Source: a virus (lineage: Duplodnaviria; Heunggongvirae; Uroviricota; Caudoviricetes). From it: a stretch of DNA of 47,036 bases. Shown piece after piece: positions 10,038 through 20,455 of this stretch. Every line of letters begins with the position of its first letter. The stretch's first letter is position 1. The stretch lies in IMG/VR virus record IMGVR_UViG_3300007609_001205, positions 104,834 to 151,869 of that record; one strand, written 5' to 3'. The notes under the pieces were generated by a model. It had not been told where the DNA came from, did not search any database, and saw only the letters and a list, made by a program, of their open reading frames with translations. The position numbers and the translations under genes were made by a program.

Positions 10038-11789
10038 TTATCCACCGGTTATAAACCCACTTAAAGTATCCCCACCAAAATCTCTGAGTGAATTCCTAAC
10101 GTCAAAAAAGAACTGATTTGAAATACCATCAACAATCTGACTTTGATAAACATTTGTCGGTTCAGACATTCTACCAATACCAAAGGAATTCCTTATTTGA
10201 TCAATCGAATCATTCACCAAAGAAAATTGTGTATTCAGTTGCCTCTGTGCTTCTTGTAATGCTGCATTTTTAAGACCATTCAATAACCTCGATGCTGCCG
10301 AACTTCTTTGATTATTTGCAAAATCATCAAGTGTTGCACCGGGTGTTATATTATCCCCCTCTGGACCCATCACAGACCCATTTGGTGAAACATCTTTTAA
10401 CTTGAAATTTCCAGTGTTTGTTATAAACCCGGCTCTTTGTGGTATATCAACCGATGTTCCAAGTGGTTGTGGATTTACTTGGTGGTTATTAACTTCCTTA
10501 AACACTTCTTGACCCGGATTATAACGAATGAATGCCATGTCTGCATTTTTATATGCAAGTTGTATCTCCCATTTGTCAGTTACCTCTGGTTTCGATCCTA
10601 AATCGATTGAATCTGGATGTGTTGCCTTACTGAAAAAGAATTGGCATTCATATACCTTATACTCATATTTTGATAGATTTGATCTCAGAATCTCCAATTT
10701 GGACAAGTTCTCTTCAACACTTGCCCCCTTTTTAACACTTACAAAATTTCTAAGTTCAGAGATATTCAATTTCATATCAAATCTGAGAAGGTTCTCAGGA
10801 CATATCGATTTACCACGTAACCTAGACCAATACAATGATTTATAAAGTGTGTATAATGTACCCATATTAAGTGTTGTGTCCTCATAAAAACCCAATGTAA
10901 GGAGATCATTCATATAATCGACAAATGCATTATGCTTCCCGGGTGTATTACTTTCTGATAGTTTATCAAGACCACCAATGGATTTAACGTAATAGAATTT
11001 ATTTTTTCGGAACTCTTCTGAATTAAAATCCGTCTTGAATATGGAATTGGGTTCTATACCATTAAAGGTAACCCTTCTTGAAAATCTAAAATATTTGGAA
11101 AGTTCTCTTACAAACTCGTAATATATTTCAATTCTTGAAGAAACCTCATCATCCAACCCATTTGACCATTCACCTAAAAGAAATTCTTCCAATGCACCAT
11201 TTAACAATGGGGATGCATCAACATCAATAACAATATCAAACCCAAAATACACAGGGTCTTCGTTATCGTGTGGTGTTATATAATCACCTTCATCATAATT
11301 CCAAATACGTGATTTACTTTGTTCGAATGAATTTAAGTTAGTGGCAGTTTCGAATGACTGCAAAACAGTTTCTGCATTATCATAATCGAGTTTGAATTTG
11401 AAATCACTAGTAGACACATCACCATATTTGTCATACTCACCATCACTACTTGCAAGTGATTTATAAATATCATTGGTGTTTCTCATTTCGGATGTGGAAG
11501 GTGGTATGACTTTAAATTCAGGATCACCACCTGTCCAATCAGAACTCACTGTTTTATAATACTCAACCGGTGTAAACCCAGGCCGTTGATTTGAAGTTTT
11601 GTCTATGAGTGTTTCTTTCAAAGAAACCATTGCCTTACCATCAGGTGGTCCAGTTCTATTATTAACATGTTTGTTGGATGGGTGACCGGGGTCGTTAAAG
11701 CCGGGTAATTGACCCGCCCTTGGGTTACCCAGTGCATCATTCAATTGATCACCTGCATTTTGAAAAAATCTATTTAGACCATCTGCCAT
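10038..11789 (-). CDS. probable virion structural (baseplate/tail) protein
   Basis: 583 aa, adjacent to the gp5-like gene, late-motif upstream; family not confidently recognised. Confidence 0.5.
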   Translation of the reverse strand: MADGLNRFFQNAGDQLNDALGNPRAGQLPGFNDPGHPSNKHVNNRTGPPDGKAMVSLKETLIDKTSNQRPGFTPVEYYKTVSSDWTGGDPEFKVIPPSTSEMRNTNDIYKSLASSDGEYDKYGDVSTSDFKFKLDYDNAETVLQSFETATNLNSFEQSKSRIWNYDEGDYITPHDNEDPVYFGFDIVIDVDASPLLNGALEEFLLGEWSNGLDDEVSSRIEIYYEFVRELSKYFRFSRRVTFNGIEPNSIFKTDFNSEEFRKNKFYYVKSIGGLDKLSESNTPGKHNAFVDYMNDLLTLGFYEDTTLNMGTLYTLYKSLYWSRLRGKSICPENLLRFDMKLNISELRNFVSVKKGASVEENLSKLEILRSNLSKYEYKVYECQFFFSKATHPDSIDLGSKPEVTDKWEIQLAYKNADMAFIRYNPGQEVFKEVNNHQVNPQPLGTSVDIPQRAGFITNTGNFKLKDVSPNGSVMGPEGDNITPGATLDDFANNQRSSAASRLLNGLKNAALQEAQRQLNTQFSLVNDSIDQIRNSFGIGRMSEPTNVYQSQIVDGISNQFFFDVRNSLRDFGGDTLSGFITGG

Positions 11790-11852
11790 AATTATATATA
11801 TTAAGATATAACAGTCTTCAGGAAAAGGATTTCTAAAAGAAATATATAATAA

Positions 11853-13235
11853 GTGATGATAAAGAAATATTTCGAATTCATAATAGAAGGAAAAAAAGGG
11901 GATTATTCAAATAAAAATCTAATAGAGGAATTATGTGTCTCTATGGTATTGATCAACAATGAATTCCTCGATGCAATACTGGACCAAGGACAAAAAGCCA
12001 GATACTCCCAAAATTCTAAGGTTTTTATAACAGACCTTAAAAATTTGGTAATGAATAAGAACCGACTCAAATTAGGTAAATTCTTTGATGGTAAATGTGA
12101 AGAAGATGCCAATTTTTCGAAATTGAGATCCGTTTTTGATGATGTTGAATTCGACATTGAAAGAGATTGGAATAAATTAGTAAAATCCCGTAACACTGCA
12201 CGTAACATCAAAGACAAGTTATTGGGCGAGGAAAAACTAACACCCGACCAAATAAAGAATGTCTATTGGCTAGGTCCGAATAAAGATTTGGAACATCAAG
12301 AAGATCTTGTTATTGAAACAACACTTGGAAGACAATATTCACTTTTCCTCAATAAGAACATGAAAAGCCAAAAAACATCTTCTTTTAATACTTTTGCAGA
12401 TGAATTCATTGGACCAGACATAGATAGATTGTATAATGAAGACTTTATAGAAAAATGGAATAAGATAACACAGGAATTCGTGAGAATAACCTACGAAAAT
12501 GCAACAAAACCAATTCAAGAACATATCGAGAAGTTCATAGATCCAAGAAGAATACAATCATTGGGTTACTTTGAGTATTTTAATATTAAACACCGTGACC
12601 CAAGGTTCAAACATCTTGGTGAACAGATGCCCGAGTTTGAAAAAAATGTTCTAATGTTTTCAGACCTTATGAAATTCATCTGGAAAGATGCAAAAGTTTT
12701 TCTACAAAATTATGAAAAGGCAAAAGATGAATGGGCAGAGGTTAAAATCGTAACACTAAACTCTCGTATATTGGAAGAATTATTCACAAGTTCCCTCATC
12801 AAAAATAAATCAGAAGAGGTTGAGAAATTAGACGATGGTTATAAAAGATCATCTGGTTCACTTAAAATGAAGTTGATGAAAGTATTTGTTGAGAAATTAG
12901 GTTGTATTGAAAGACCGGTCTTCTTTGTTTCAAAAACAGGAGATGAACTACATAGAATACCCGCAAGAACGTTCTTCCGTTCCAATTATGAAACAATTGA
13001 TATCGACTTTGATTACCATGTGAAATTCCAAAAGAGTATGGATGATGATGAACTGAACGACTTCAATATGAAGGTTAGAATGAATTATAACGGAGATGTA
13101 TTATTGAAATTTAATATAATAGTTAAATTTACCGGAGGAGAATTTTCAAATAAACTAAGTGCCAAATATAAATTCGACATACCAACAAATTTCAATTATA
13201 TCATAAGCAAAATTGAGAAGGAGTCAGAAGTTTAA
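11853..13235 (+). CDS. hypothetical protein (460 aa) with KKYFEFIIE N-terminus
   Basis: Long ORF; AAATATATA at 11840-11848. Confidence 0.7.
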   Translation: MMIKKYFEFIIEGKKGDYSNKNLIEELCVSMVLINNEFLDAILDQGQKARYSQNSKVFITDLKNLVMNKNRLKLGKFFDGKCEEDANFSKLRSVFDDVEFDIERDWNKLVKSRNTARNIKDKLLGEEKLTPDQIKNVYWLGPNKDLEHQEDLVIETTLGRQYSLFLNKNMKSQKTSSFNTFADEFIGPDIDRLYNEDFIEKWNKITQEFVRITYENATKPIQEHIEKFIDPRRIQSLGYFEYFNIKHRDPRFKHLGEQMPEFEKNVLMFSDLMKFIWKDAKVFLQNYEKAKDEWAEVKIVTLNSRILEELFTSSLIKNKSEEVEKLDDGYKRSSGSLKMKLMKVFVEKLGCIERPVFFVSKTGDELHRIPARTFFRSNYETIDIDFDYHVKFQKSMDDDELNDFNMKVRMNYNGDVLLKFNIIVKFTGGEFSNKLSAKYKFDIPTNFNYIISKIEKESEV

Positions 13236-13262
13236 TAGATATTCAAAAGAGTATCAATCATT

Positions 13263-14501
13263 ATGGCATCAAATCCAGCAACAGTAGGTTTAGAAGATAA
13301 TATTGAGAAACTAAAAAATCTCATTTACGCAGGTGATACGACTTCGGGTATAATAAACCAAATTACCAGTCAATTCCTTCCTTATGAAGAAATTGCTAAA
13401 AAGCTAATATTACTAAAAAACCAAAAAATGACAAAGGAGGATGCTGATCTTATGATAGATGGTCCTGAAGAAAGAGACCAATCAACTGAAAATAAAGCAG
13501 CACAATTCCTTTCCAAACAAGATGCAGAAAAAGCATTGAGTGGCTATGTAAACACACCCCTCAAAGAACTCGTATTCCCATTGGAAGGCAGAACATTCAC
13601 TCGGTCAGGACAAACCCAATCCAAAGAAGAACGAAAGGAAGATAGAAAAGCTAAAAATGAACAAAGAAAAGAAGAAGCAAAGGCCAAAACCGGACAAGTA
13701 CGTGACCAATTCATTGAAGAAGCCAAGAAAATAGTTGAACAAGTTAAAAAGGCCCTATTTAAAATAATATCTGAACAAGCAAATATTATACAAGAACTTG
13801 TTAAAGCAGCCATATCATTCGGTGTAAGCATTCCTGCAATGGCAGTAATGGTAGCAGCACCACCTTGGAATGTAGCAGCCGCCATCGCCCTCGTATTAGG
13901 CATAATAGAAACACTGAACGCATTGGCCAAGAGATTAACAGATATTGTAGAATACTTAGACCCACTGAAACAACTTAAACTCTTATTACCAGACGAAGCA
14001 TATCAGGTAATAACTTTACCACTAAATATTGCAATTATCATACTAATTGGTATATATACACCGATTGCTGCATTAAAAAAGGGAATTGATAGCATTCTCG
14101 CCTTTCTCTTGAATCTAATAAGTCCAGGTAACATCAGTGGAACAATTGATAAGATAAAAAGACAGAAAAGAAAAAAAGAACGTGAAAGAGATAATACGGA
14201 TGATGATGATGAACGTCAAGCACTTGAAGATGAAATAGAAGGCTTGGAAACTCAATGCAGAGAATTGGAAAATGGGAATTTCGATAAAATAACATTTACT
14301 GATGCTGATCTTAAAAATTATACAGACACCGCAGATATCTATGAAGAAATAAAATCAGTTGAAAAACTAGCAAATGATGTTGTATATGTATACGATGTTA
14401 AATTACCTGATGGTACAATTATGAGGGACTTATCACTTGATCAATTAGAAGAAATTAAAGAAAGATATGATATTGTATTCAACAACCAGCAAAGTGAATG
14501 A
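13263..14501 (+). CDS. coiled-coil protein with two hydrophobic helical segments
   Basis: AAISFGVSIPAMAVMVAAPPWNVAAAIALVLGII and VITLPLNIAIIILIGIYTPIAAL flanked by charged coils. Confidence 0.65.
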   Translation: MASNPATVGLEDNIEKLKNLIYAGDTTSGIINQITSQFLPYEEIAKKLILLKNQKMTKEDADLMIDGPEERDQSTENKAAQFLSKQDAEKALSGYVNTPLKELVFPLEGRTFTRSGQTQSKEERKEDRKAKNEQRKEEAKAKTGQVRDQFIEEAKKIVEQVKKALFKIISEQANIIQELVKAAISFGVSIPAMAVMVAAPPWNVAAAIALVLGIIETLNALAKRLTDIVEYLDPLKQLKLLLPDEAYQVITLPLNIAIIILIGIYTPIAALKKGIDSILAFLLNLISPGNISGTIDKIKRQKRKKERERDNTDDDDERQALEDEIEGLETQCRELENGNFDKITFTDADLKNYTDTADIYEEIKSVEKLANDVVYVYDVKLPDGTIMRDLSLDQLEEIKERYDIVFNNQQSE

Positions 14502-14527
14502 TATAACAATAAAAATAAAGATTTATT

Positions 14528-14776
14528 ATGCCTAAATCAAAACACAGGAAAAATCACAAGAAAAAATTAGCAGCACGTAAGGAACGTATCAAAAATGAAA
14601 AAAGGAGATATGAGAAAATGCAACGCGAATTCATAAATCAGTTGATTGAGAAAGAACGTGAAAAAGGTATGTATGATAATATGCCAGAAGTTCCAAATAC
14701 TGATGGTGCAACAGTGTCTACACCAAGCACTGATTCAAATGGTGATGACCCGATCATAGAGGGTCCATCTATCTAA
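14528..14776 (+). CDS. small protein with basic N-terminus
   Basis: MPKSKHRKNHKKK... ORF. Confidence 0.65.
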   Translation: MPKSKHRKNHKKKLAARKERIKNEKRRYEKMQREFINQLIEKEREKGMYDNMPEVPNTDGATVSTPSTDSNGDDPIIEGPSI

Positions 14777-14799
14777 TTCGTTTAAATATATAGTATAGA

Positions 14800-15849
14800 A
14801 TGGATACAAATAATAATTTTGTTATAAACTTTGACGAACCATCTGAACAAGACATGTTGTATGTTTGGGGGAAGATGGGACATATGCCCTCAAAAACATC
14901 AATTCACACTAATTTAGAAAGTGATGTTTTTAGAGAATTGGTATTTTCCTATTTTCCCAATATGAAAAACGAAGTAATGACCAATGATATTATTCCGATA
15001 AATGGGGATGTTGTAAAAAACACAAAATTTATAGATCTATTATTTGAAGACACATGGATATCATACCTTGAATTTGATATAAATGGTGATTTTTATATCG
15101 ATGACATAACCATTTTCCATAAACCGGAGTCATATGAATCAATATACAAATTCGTATCTGATGTATCAGAAATAAGCAATAGCACTGAAGACGATGTGTC
15201 TATAAAAGATAGTGTTTTATCGGTAAGGGATGGTATATTGGAAACATCTCCTGTATACAATGAGGTCGATTATGAATTTATAGAGTTATTCTACACAAAG
15301 TCCACATATGTTGGTATCAAAAAAGTGTTAAGGTCTTTAAAATATGACCAATGTGGTATAAATATTTTATACGGACAGAGAGGATTGGGAAAAACAGAAT
15401 GCATTAAATATATCACAACAAAAGTAGAACAATCGACATTGTTCATACCAAACAACCTCATAGAACAATCGATAAATAACCCTGAGTTTAGAAGTATAAT
15501 ATCTAATTATGACAAACTCATAATATTAATGGATGATTGTGAATTCTTGACCAACTCTCAATTTTCTAAAATGAATCATTTCACATCAAACCTAATGCAA
15601 TTGGTGGAAAGTTATGGTAATTTGGACATACATTTTATTTTGATATTCAATGAAAATGAAGATAAAATTGACCAAAACATAGTTGAATCAAACTCAATAA
15701 AAAATATTGTTAAGTTTGAAAACCTATCAACTGAGGAGGCGATTGAACTCAATAACCACCTAAACCTTGATGGGGAGATAACCAACCCAATGAAAGTAAG
15801 GGATGTTATAAATCCGAACCGCCCAAAAAGAAGACATATAGGACTATGA
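14800..15849 (+). CDS. AAA+ ATPase-domain protein (divergent)
   Basis: Walker A GQRGLGKT, Walker B IILMDD. Confidence 0.7.
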   Translation: MDTNNNFVINFDEPSEQDMLYVWGKMGHMPSKTSIHTNLESDVFRELVFSYFPNMKNEVMTNDIIPINGDVVKNTKFIDLLFEDTWISYLEFDINGDFYIDDITIFHKPESYESIYKFVSDVSEISNSTEDDVSIKDSVLSVRDGILETSPVYNEVDYEFIELFYTKSTYVGIKKVLRSLKYDQCGINILYGQRGLGKTECIKYITTKVEQSTLFIPNNLIEQSINNPEFRSIISNYDKLIILMDDCEFLTNSQFSKMNHFTSNLMQLVESYGNLDIHFILIFNENEDKIDQNIVESNSIKNIVKFENLSTEEAIELNNHLNLDGEITNPMKVRDVINPNRPKRRHIGL

Positions 15850-16169
15850 CAGAAGAACAAGAAGAAATTATTTTTCAAGAACTTATGACATCAGATTTTA
15901 ATGACCACTCTGACCATGATACTTGGAGAAATCGTATTTTCCTATTTAGGAAATATTATAAAATGCTATATGCAAAGTATAAAAATTCATCAAGTAATAA
16001 TGAACTACTTACAAAAGATTTAAATGAACATAGATCAAATGAGAATAGGTTAATTACTCAAATGAAAAATGAACTTTGGGAACTTAGAAATGAGAATGAA
16101 AAATTGAAAAAGCCAAAGAAGCTTACATTAGTGGAACGTTTCAAAGGCATGACCAAACAAGATATATAA
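15846..16169 (+). CDS. coiled-coil hypothetical protein
   Basis: ATGA overlap with the upstream gene. Confidence 0.65.
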   Translation: MTEEQEEIIFQELMTSDFNDHSDHDTWRNRIFLFRKYYKMLYAKYKNSSSNNELLTKDLNEHRSNENRLITQMKNELWELRNENEKLKKPKKLTLVERFKGMTKQDI

Positions 16170-16192
16170 TCTATAAAAATAAAATTGATGAA

Positions 16193-16408
16193 ATGGAATA
16201 TGTTGATAAATATGATGAACTTCTAAAAGTACTTACAGAAGAAATTGAAATCGATGGTAAGAAATACAGTGCCAAAGAAGAATTTGATAAGTTCTTTGTT
16301 CGGGGAAATAAAGCAGCTGGAACGAGGCTCCGAAAAATGATGCAGATGTTAAAAGGAACAGCACAAGAGGTTAGAGAAGACGTAAGATCCTACAAAAAAC
16401 TTCTATAA
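16193..16408 (+). CDS. histone H1-like protein, Hc1 family
   Basis: FFVRGNKAAGTRLRK matches the Hc1 signature GNKAAGTRAR. Confidence 0.8.
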   Translation: MEYVDKYDELLKVLTEEIEIDGKKYSAKEEFDKFFVRGNKAAGTRLRKMMQMLKGTAQEVREDVRSYKKLL

Positions 16409-16413
16409 AACTT

Positions 16414-16445
16414 AAAAACCCCAACCAATTGTTGGGGTTTTTGTT
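16414..16445. terminator. intrinsic terminator (symmetric)
   Basis: 12-bp perfect stem AAAAACCCCAAC / GTTGGGGTTTTT, loop CAATT. Confidence 0.8.
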
Positions 16446-16458
16446 TAATATATACTAT

Positions 16459-17007
16459 ATGAAAAAATTCTCTAAAATAACAAACGTAAAAGTAAATGAA
16501 GAACCTAAAAGCGAAAAGGCGGAAATGTCCGACCTTGAAGAACTGAGGATGAGAATCCATATGATCCTTGAAAATAATCTATCAGTGGGTGCTTCTGGTC
16601 CAATACATCAAGTTCTCCAAGGTGGAACTGTGAGGGTTGAGGGAAAGGAAAGAGTTATCCAATCAATAATGGATATGTTTGATGAGATAAGTAACAAAAA
16701 AACCATTAAATTATTGGAATCAATGAAATCACACATCGGTGATCATAAGATAATAGATTCTAAGATAATGGACTTAAAAGATGAAACCTTTTTGAAAAAT
16801 GATCCAGTTATGAAGAATCTCAAAACAAGAATAAAAAATCTCTCCGAAAGGTATTCAGATGACGGGGAATTTAAAAAAGTTATGTCTTTAAAAGCATCTA
16901 AGATGCCATCTAGTGCAATGATTGCTGTTGAACTTACGGATATACCCAAAAACCGAAAACGAGTTGTCTATGAGTGTCTAAGAGATCAATTGGCCGATGA
17001 TAACTAA
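16459..17007 (+). CDS. hypothetical protein
   Basis: Start moved to ATG 16459 (MKKFSKI), 4 nt after TAATATATA. Confidence 0.7.
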   Translation: MKKFSKITNVKVNEEPKSEKAEMSDLEELRMRIHMILENNLSVGASGPIHQVLQGGTVRVEGKERVIQSIMDMFDEISNKKTIKLLESMKSHIGDHKIIDSKIMDLKDETFLKNDPVMKNLKTRIKNLSERYSDDGEFKKVMSLKASKMPSSAMIAVELTDIPKNRKRVVYECLRDQLADDN

Positions 17008-17396
17008 TCACCTTCCATCTGAATAATACAATTCAACCTTCTTCTAGGAACATCTACAAAAATCTTAACCTTATTTATTCTAAGTTTTTTGAATTTTTTC
17101 AACTTTATTGTTTGAACCAAATCACTCACAAGAATGGTTAAGTAACCAGTATCTGGAACAAAAGCCGCCTCATCACCCACATCGACCTTAAATAAGAAAT
17201 CCGGAAGAGTGTCATCATCACTGTTCTCGACAGTTACAACATTTTCAAGGTCATGTAATAATTTCGAGCAATATACTGGGAAATATTCATTAATTTCACC
17301 CGAAGCCAAATGGTTTTTCATCGACCTTATAAAAATCTCACTTGTTTGGTCAGATAATTTATAATGTTCATTTACAATTTTCAATAATTCTTCCAT
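17004..17396 (-). CDS. hypothetical protein (130 aa)
   Basis: ORF track. Confidence 0.6.
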   Translation of the reverse strand: MEELLKIVNEHYKLSDQTSEIFIRSMKNHLASGEINEYFPVYCSKLLHDLENVVTVENSDDDTLPDFLFKVDVGDEAAFVPDTGYLTILVSDLVQTIKLKKFKKLRINKVKIFVDVPRRRLNCIIQMEGD

Positions 17397-17420
17397 ACCT
17401 ATTATATGGTCTGGTGTGAA

Positions 17421-18038
17421 TTAAGTTGCCTCGTGATGATCAACTGGTTTTATTTTCCTTTCCGAAAAAATCGTTTTTAATTGGTTATACGAAATTGGTG
17501 TATAATCCCATCCATTACACCCAACATCAAGAACTCTCCTATCATATAACCACCTCACTTCAGGATTTTTTGCAATAGATTGATGACTGTGACCGTGTAA
17601 ATGCCATGCACCATAATGACCCTTATTCCAAGAGAATATCATATAATGACACAGTACAATAACTTGCCACCCTCGATTTGCATCATCATCTCTTATATTT
17701 ATCGTAGCACCACCCAATGCAGTATCATCACCGAATATCCGTTCAAATACATTCATCCTTTTAAGATACTTTATTCGGTCATGGTTACCCATTATAAGAT
17801 AATGTGTTCCATTCAATTGTTTCATTATCTCTTCTGCAACACCCGGTCGGCATTTATAATAAAGATCACCTAAATTGAAACATAGTGCATCATTACCCAC
17901 AACAGAATTCCAATTCTGTATTATGGCGTGATGCATTTCATCTACATTATCAAATGGGCGTTCATCATGTTTAATAACTGCCTTATGACCTAAATGTAAG
18001 TCTGATGTAAAATATATGTTATGGGTATCAATTCTCAT
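17421..18038 (-). CDS. calcineurin-like metallophosphoesterase
   Basis: SDLHLGH, LGD, GNHD, HLHGHSH, DVG motifs. Confidence 0.9.
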   Translation of the reverse strand: MRIDTHNIYFTSDLHLGHKAVIKHDERPFDNVDEMHHAIIQNWNSVVGNDALCFNLGDLYYKCRPGVAEEIMKQLNGTHYLIMGNHDRIKYLKRMNVFERIFGDDTALGGATINIRDDDANRGWQVIVLCHYMIFSWNKGHYGAWHLHGHSHQSIAKNPEVRWLYDRRVLDVGCNGWDYTPISYNQLKTIFSERKIKPVDHHEAT

Positions 18039-18355
18039 TTCTTTATTTTTTCTAAATCTACTTCAAATGTTTCTATTAACCGTTGTGAAGGAAGTTCATA
18101 CACACGGTCTTCAATTTTTTCTGTTACAGTAATATCATATGCCTTTATATATCTTCTTACATCTAAAACTTTGAAATCGGAACGAACACCTTGATTGAAC
18201 AATTTTTTCGTTTTGAATCTTGAATCATACCATTCTTTATCCATTTCATTATCTATGTATATAACCTCACCGGTACTTGGTGGCATTATCGATGCAATTG
18301 TCAATATATGGTTATTCTCACAAAAATACGATACCTCACTTTTATCTTCCATCAT
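18035..18355 (-). CDS. hypothetical protein
   Basis: Overlap-coupled with both neighbours. Confidence 0.6.
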   Translation of the reverse strand: MMEDKSEVSYFCENNHILTIASIMPPSTGEVIYIDNEMDKEWYDSRFKTKKLFNQGVRSDFKVLDVRRYIKAYDITVTEKIEDRVYELPSQRLIETFEVDLEKIKK

Positions 18356-18960
18356 ACTTTACTTGTTACGTTTCTAAATTGCGTTAATATATTATTCTTC
18401 CTTTCTCGAAATGTTTCATCGAGTTCTTCCCATGTCCAATCATATCTACTCCAAAGTTCAGTATGGATGTCATTGGCAACGCCCCAATCCACTATTTCTC
18501 CATGTTCGGCTATCTGTATCCCGAACATCGGTATCCTAAGTGAATGAAAAAGAGACTTTATACCAACCGCATAATCACCTTTATTCACCTTTTTCTTTGC
18601 TTTTACCCAAGAATTGGATGATGTGTGTGAGAATGAATGCCTAAGACTTGGTATGTTCAAATTAAATTTGAAATCACCATCAACAATCCGAAACTTATCA
18701 GGTGCAAGAACACACTCAACAGAACCAGGTTTGTGTTCTTTCAATTGTTGTATAAAATCTTGTGGTGTTATTACATGTATATTATATGAACCCCTTCTCA
18801 ATTCAAGGTTGGATACAGTTCCATTAGCAATCAATTTAATATCCCAATCAGATTCATTTTTGAAATTTCCATAAACCCTTGATCCAAATATATAACACCC
18901 CTTGACCCTTAATGGATGTGTTCCTGATTTTTCAATTATCTGTTCCAATGTAGGAATCAT
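18352..18960 (-). CDS. Pol-beta superfamily nucleotidyltransferase
   Basis: FGSRVYG...SDWDI motif. Confidence 0.8.
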   Translation of the reverse strand: MIPTLEQIIEKSGTHPLRVKGCYIFGSRVYGNFKNESDWDIKLIANGTVSNLELRRGSYNIHVITPQDFIQQLKEHKPGSVECVLAPDKFRIVDGDFKFNLNIPSLRHSFSHTSSNSWVKAKKKVNKGDYAVGIKSLFHSLRIPMFGIQIAEHGEIVDWGVANDIHTELWSRYDWTWEELDETFRERKNNILTQFRNVTSKV

Positions 18961-18964
18961 ATTA

Positions 18965-18996
18965 CAAAGATATAAAACAATCTAAGAAATAACCAA
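18965..18996 (-). promoter_or_regulatory. Bacteroidota-type promoter
   Basis: Minus-strand TATCTTTG (18965-18972) with TTG 21 nt upstream; 4 nt before ATG. Confidence 0.5.
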
Positions 18997-19007
18997 GTAT
19001 GTCCAAT

Positions 19008-20387
19008 TTATTTTTTAACTTTAAGTAAAGATGCCTTATCATACTTATCATCAGAGTCAAATCTAGTATCAAAGAAATTACCATACCCATTATCAGTTAC
19101 TATTCTGGTCTCTGATGAAATTGTAGCAAATGGTCCCAACTCACCTGAACGGAATATACCCCCATTCATATCCCCATTCAAATAACCATTCATAAAGAAA
19201 CAATCAGATATAGTTGTCTGTTCAACATGACACGCCATTAATTTAGAACCACCAACTTCCGAATTATGAACACTTGATTTGGTAAGTTGTGAATTTTTAA
19301 TATCACACCCATGGAAATTACATGTATCATATATACCATCTATGATCATACAATTTATGAATTCAGTTCTGTTAATTGTCATCAATGATTTGACATTAGC
19401 ATCAACAACTTCAAGAACTTGGCGGGTTGTATCATAATTCACAATACAGTCTTTCAGTTCATCTGCCGATTCTATTAGATCGTATAGATCTTCATATATT
19501 CGTAAATAATTTGAATTGACAACCTCATATGCACCATCCTGATCAATTTGCAATTCAATAGTTGGAAATTCAACCAAGAAATTGTCAAATTTTGAAAAGG
19601 TTTTGAATCTATTTATGTTTTCATCCATAAACTCTTCTAATTTATTTGCATCGTGTGTATCAAAAGAAGACCCTATGGAATTGTATACATCTAATATGAA
19701 TCTATCCATGAAGTAAATTATCGTTCCTATATTCTTTTCATAACCATCCCCACCAATATATCGATATTCTACACGTTGGTCTTTTTTACTTTTCGAAGTA
19801 TTTATGAAATTTATTCCAAAATACTTATCATTTGGTAGTTTCATAGAATGCCTTACCGAATCAATATTTACGTTGAAGAAGTCATATTGTTTAAATGGTA
19901 TTAAACTCTTAACAGACTTTGCATATATATTATTCTTCCTTTGTGGGAAAAATCGATAAACTTCCTCTTCATTTGTATTCAATATCAATTTCAATATATT
20001 TAGATCATTTAGATTTATATCACCATCGAAAGAAATGTTCATATGCAATGAACATTTATCATTCGTTCTACCATATTTCTGTATAAAATTCATTATTTTA
20101 GATAAGAAATATTTCGCCTCTGTATATTGCAGTGGTCCAGTTATTATTTCAACCATATTGCTACCACCCGATAAGTCTGGTTCCATTTTAAAATTTTCGG
20201 AATCTGGCTTGAATTTTGAGTGATATTGACGGAAACCATGTACTTTAACTGGATCAAGTTCTTTATTAAAAAGTTCAAGTGTCTTATAATAAGACATATC
20301 AACCATATAGAATTCAAATTCAAATCCAACTACTGCTTTATTCAATTTTTTGTATTCATGTATAAACTTCTCAGAATATTTTCTCAT
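19008..20387 (-). CDS. putative amidoligase (COOH-NH2 ligase-like) with C-terminal beta-helix/pentapeptide-like repeats
   Basis: VGFEFEF, VEIITGP, CSLHMN, RVEYR; C-terminal short beta repeats. Confidence 0.65.
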   Translation of the reverse strand: MRKYSEKFIHEYKKLNKAVVGFEFEFYMVDMSYYKTLELFNKELDPVKVHGFRQYHSKFKPDSENFKMEPDLSGGSNMVEIITGPLQYTEAKYFLSKIMNFIQKYGRTNDKCSLHMNISFDGDINLNDLNILKLILNTNEEEVYRFFPQRKNNIYAKSVKSLIPFKQYDFFNVNIDSVRHSMKLPNDKYFGINFINTSKSKKDQRVEYRYIGGDGYEKNIGTIIYFMDRFILDVYNSIGSSFDTHDANKLEEFMDENINRFKTFSKFDNFLVEFPTIELQIDQDGAYEVVNSNYLRIYEDLYDLIESADELKDCIVNYDTTRQVLEVVDANVKSLMTINRTEFINCMIIDGIYDTCNFHGCDIKNSQLTKSSVHNSEVGGSKLMACHVEQTTISDCFFMNGYLNGDMNGGIFRSGELGPFATISSETRIVTDNGYGNFFDTRFDSDDKYDKASLLKVKK

Positions 20388-20455
20388 ATACTATATATTA
20401 TTAATATGAACATCCATTCTATCAATATACACCCACACAAAAGATATGGTTCAGT

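Noticed and set aside
16429-16458. ORF-track starts at 16429, 2561 and 42718
   Set aside because: The extensions run through a terminator or promoter or add junk residues; downstream ATGs at 16459, 2498 and 42736 fit the promoter or signal-peptide positions better.
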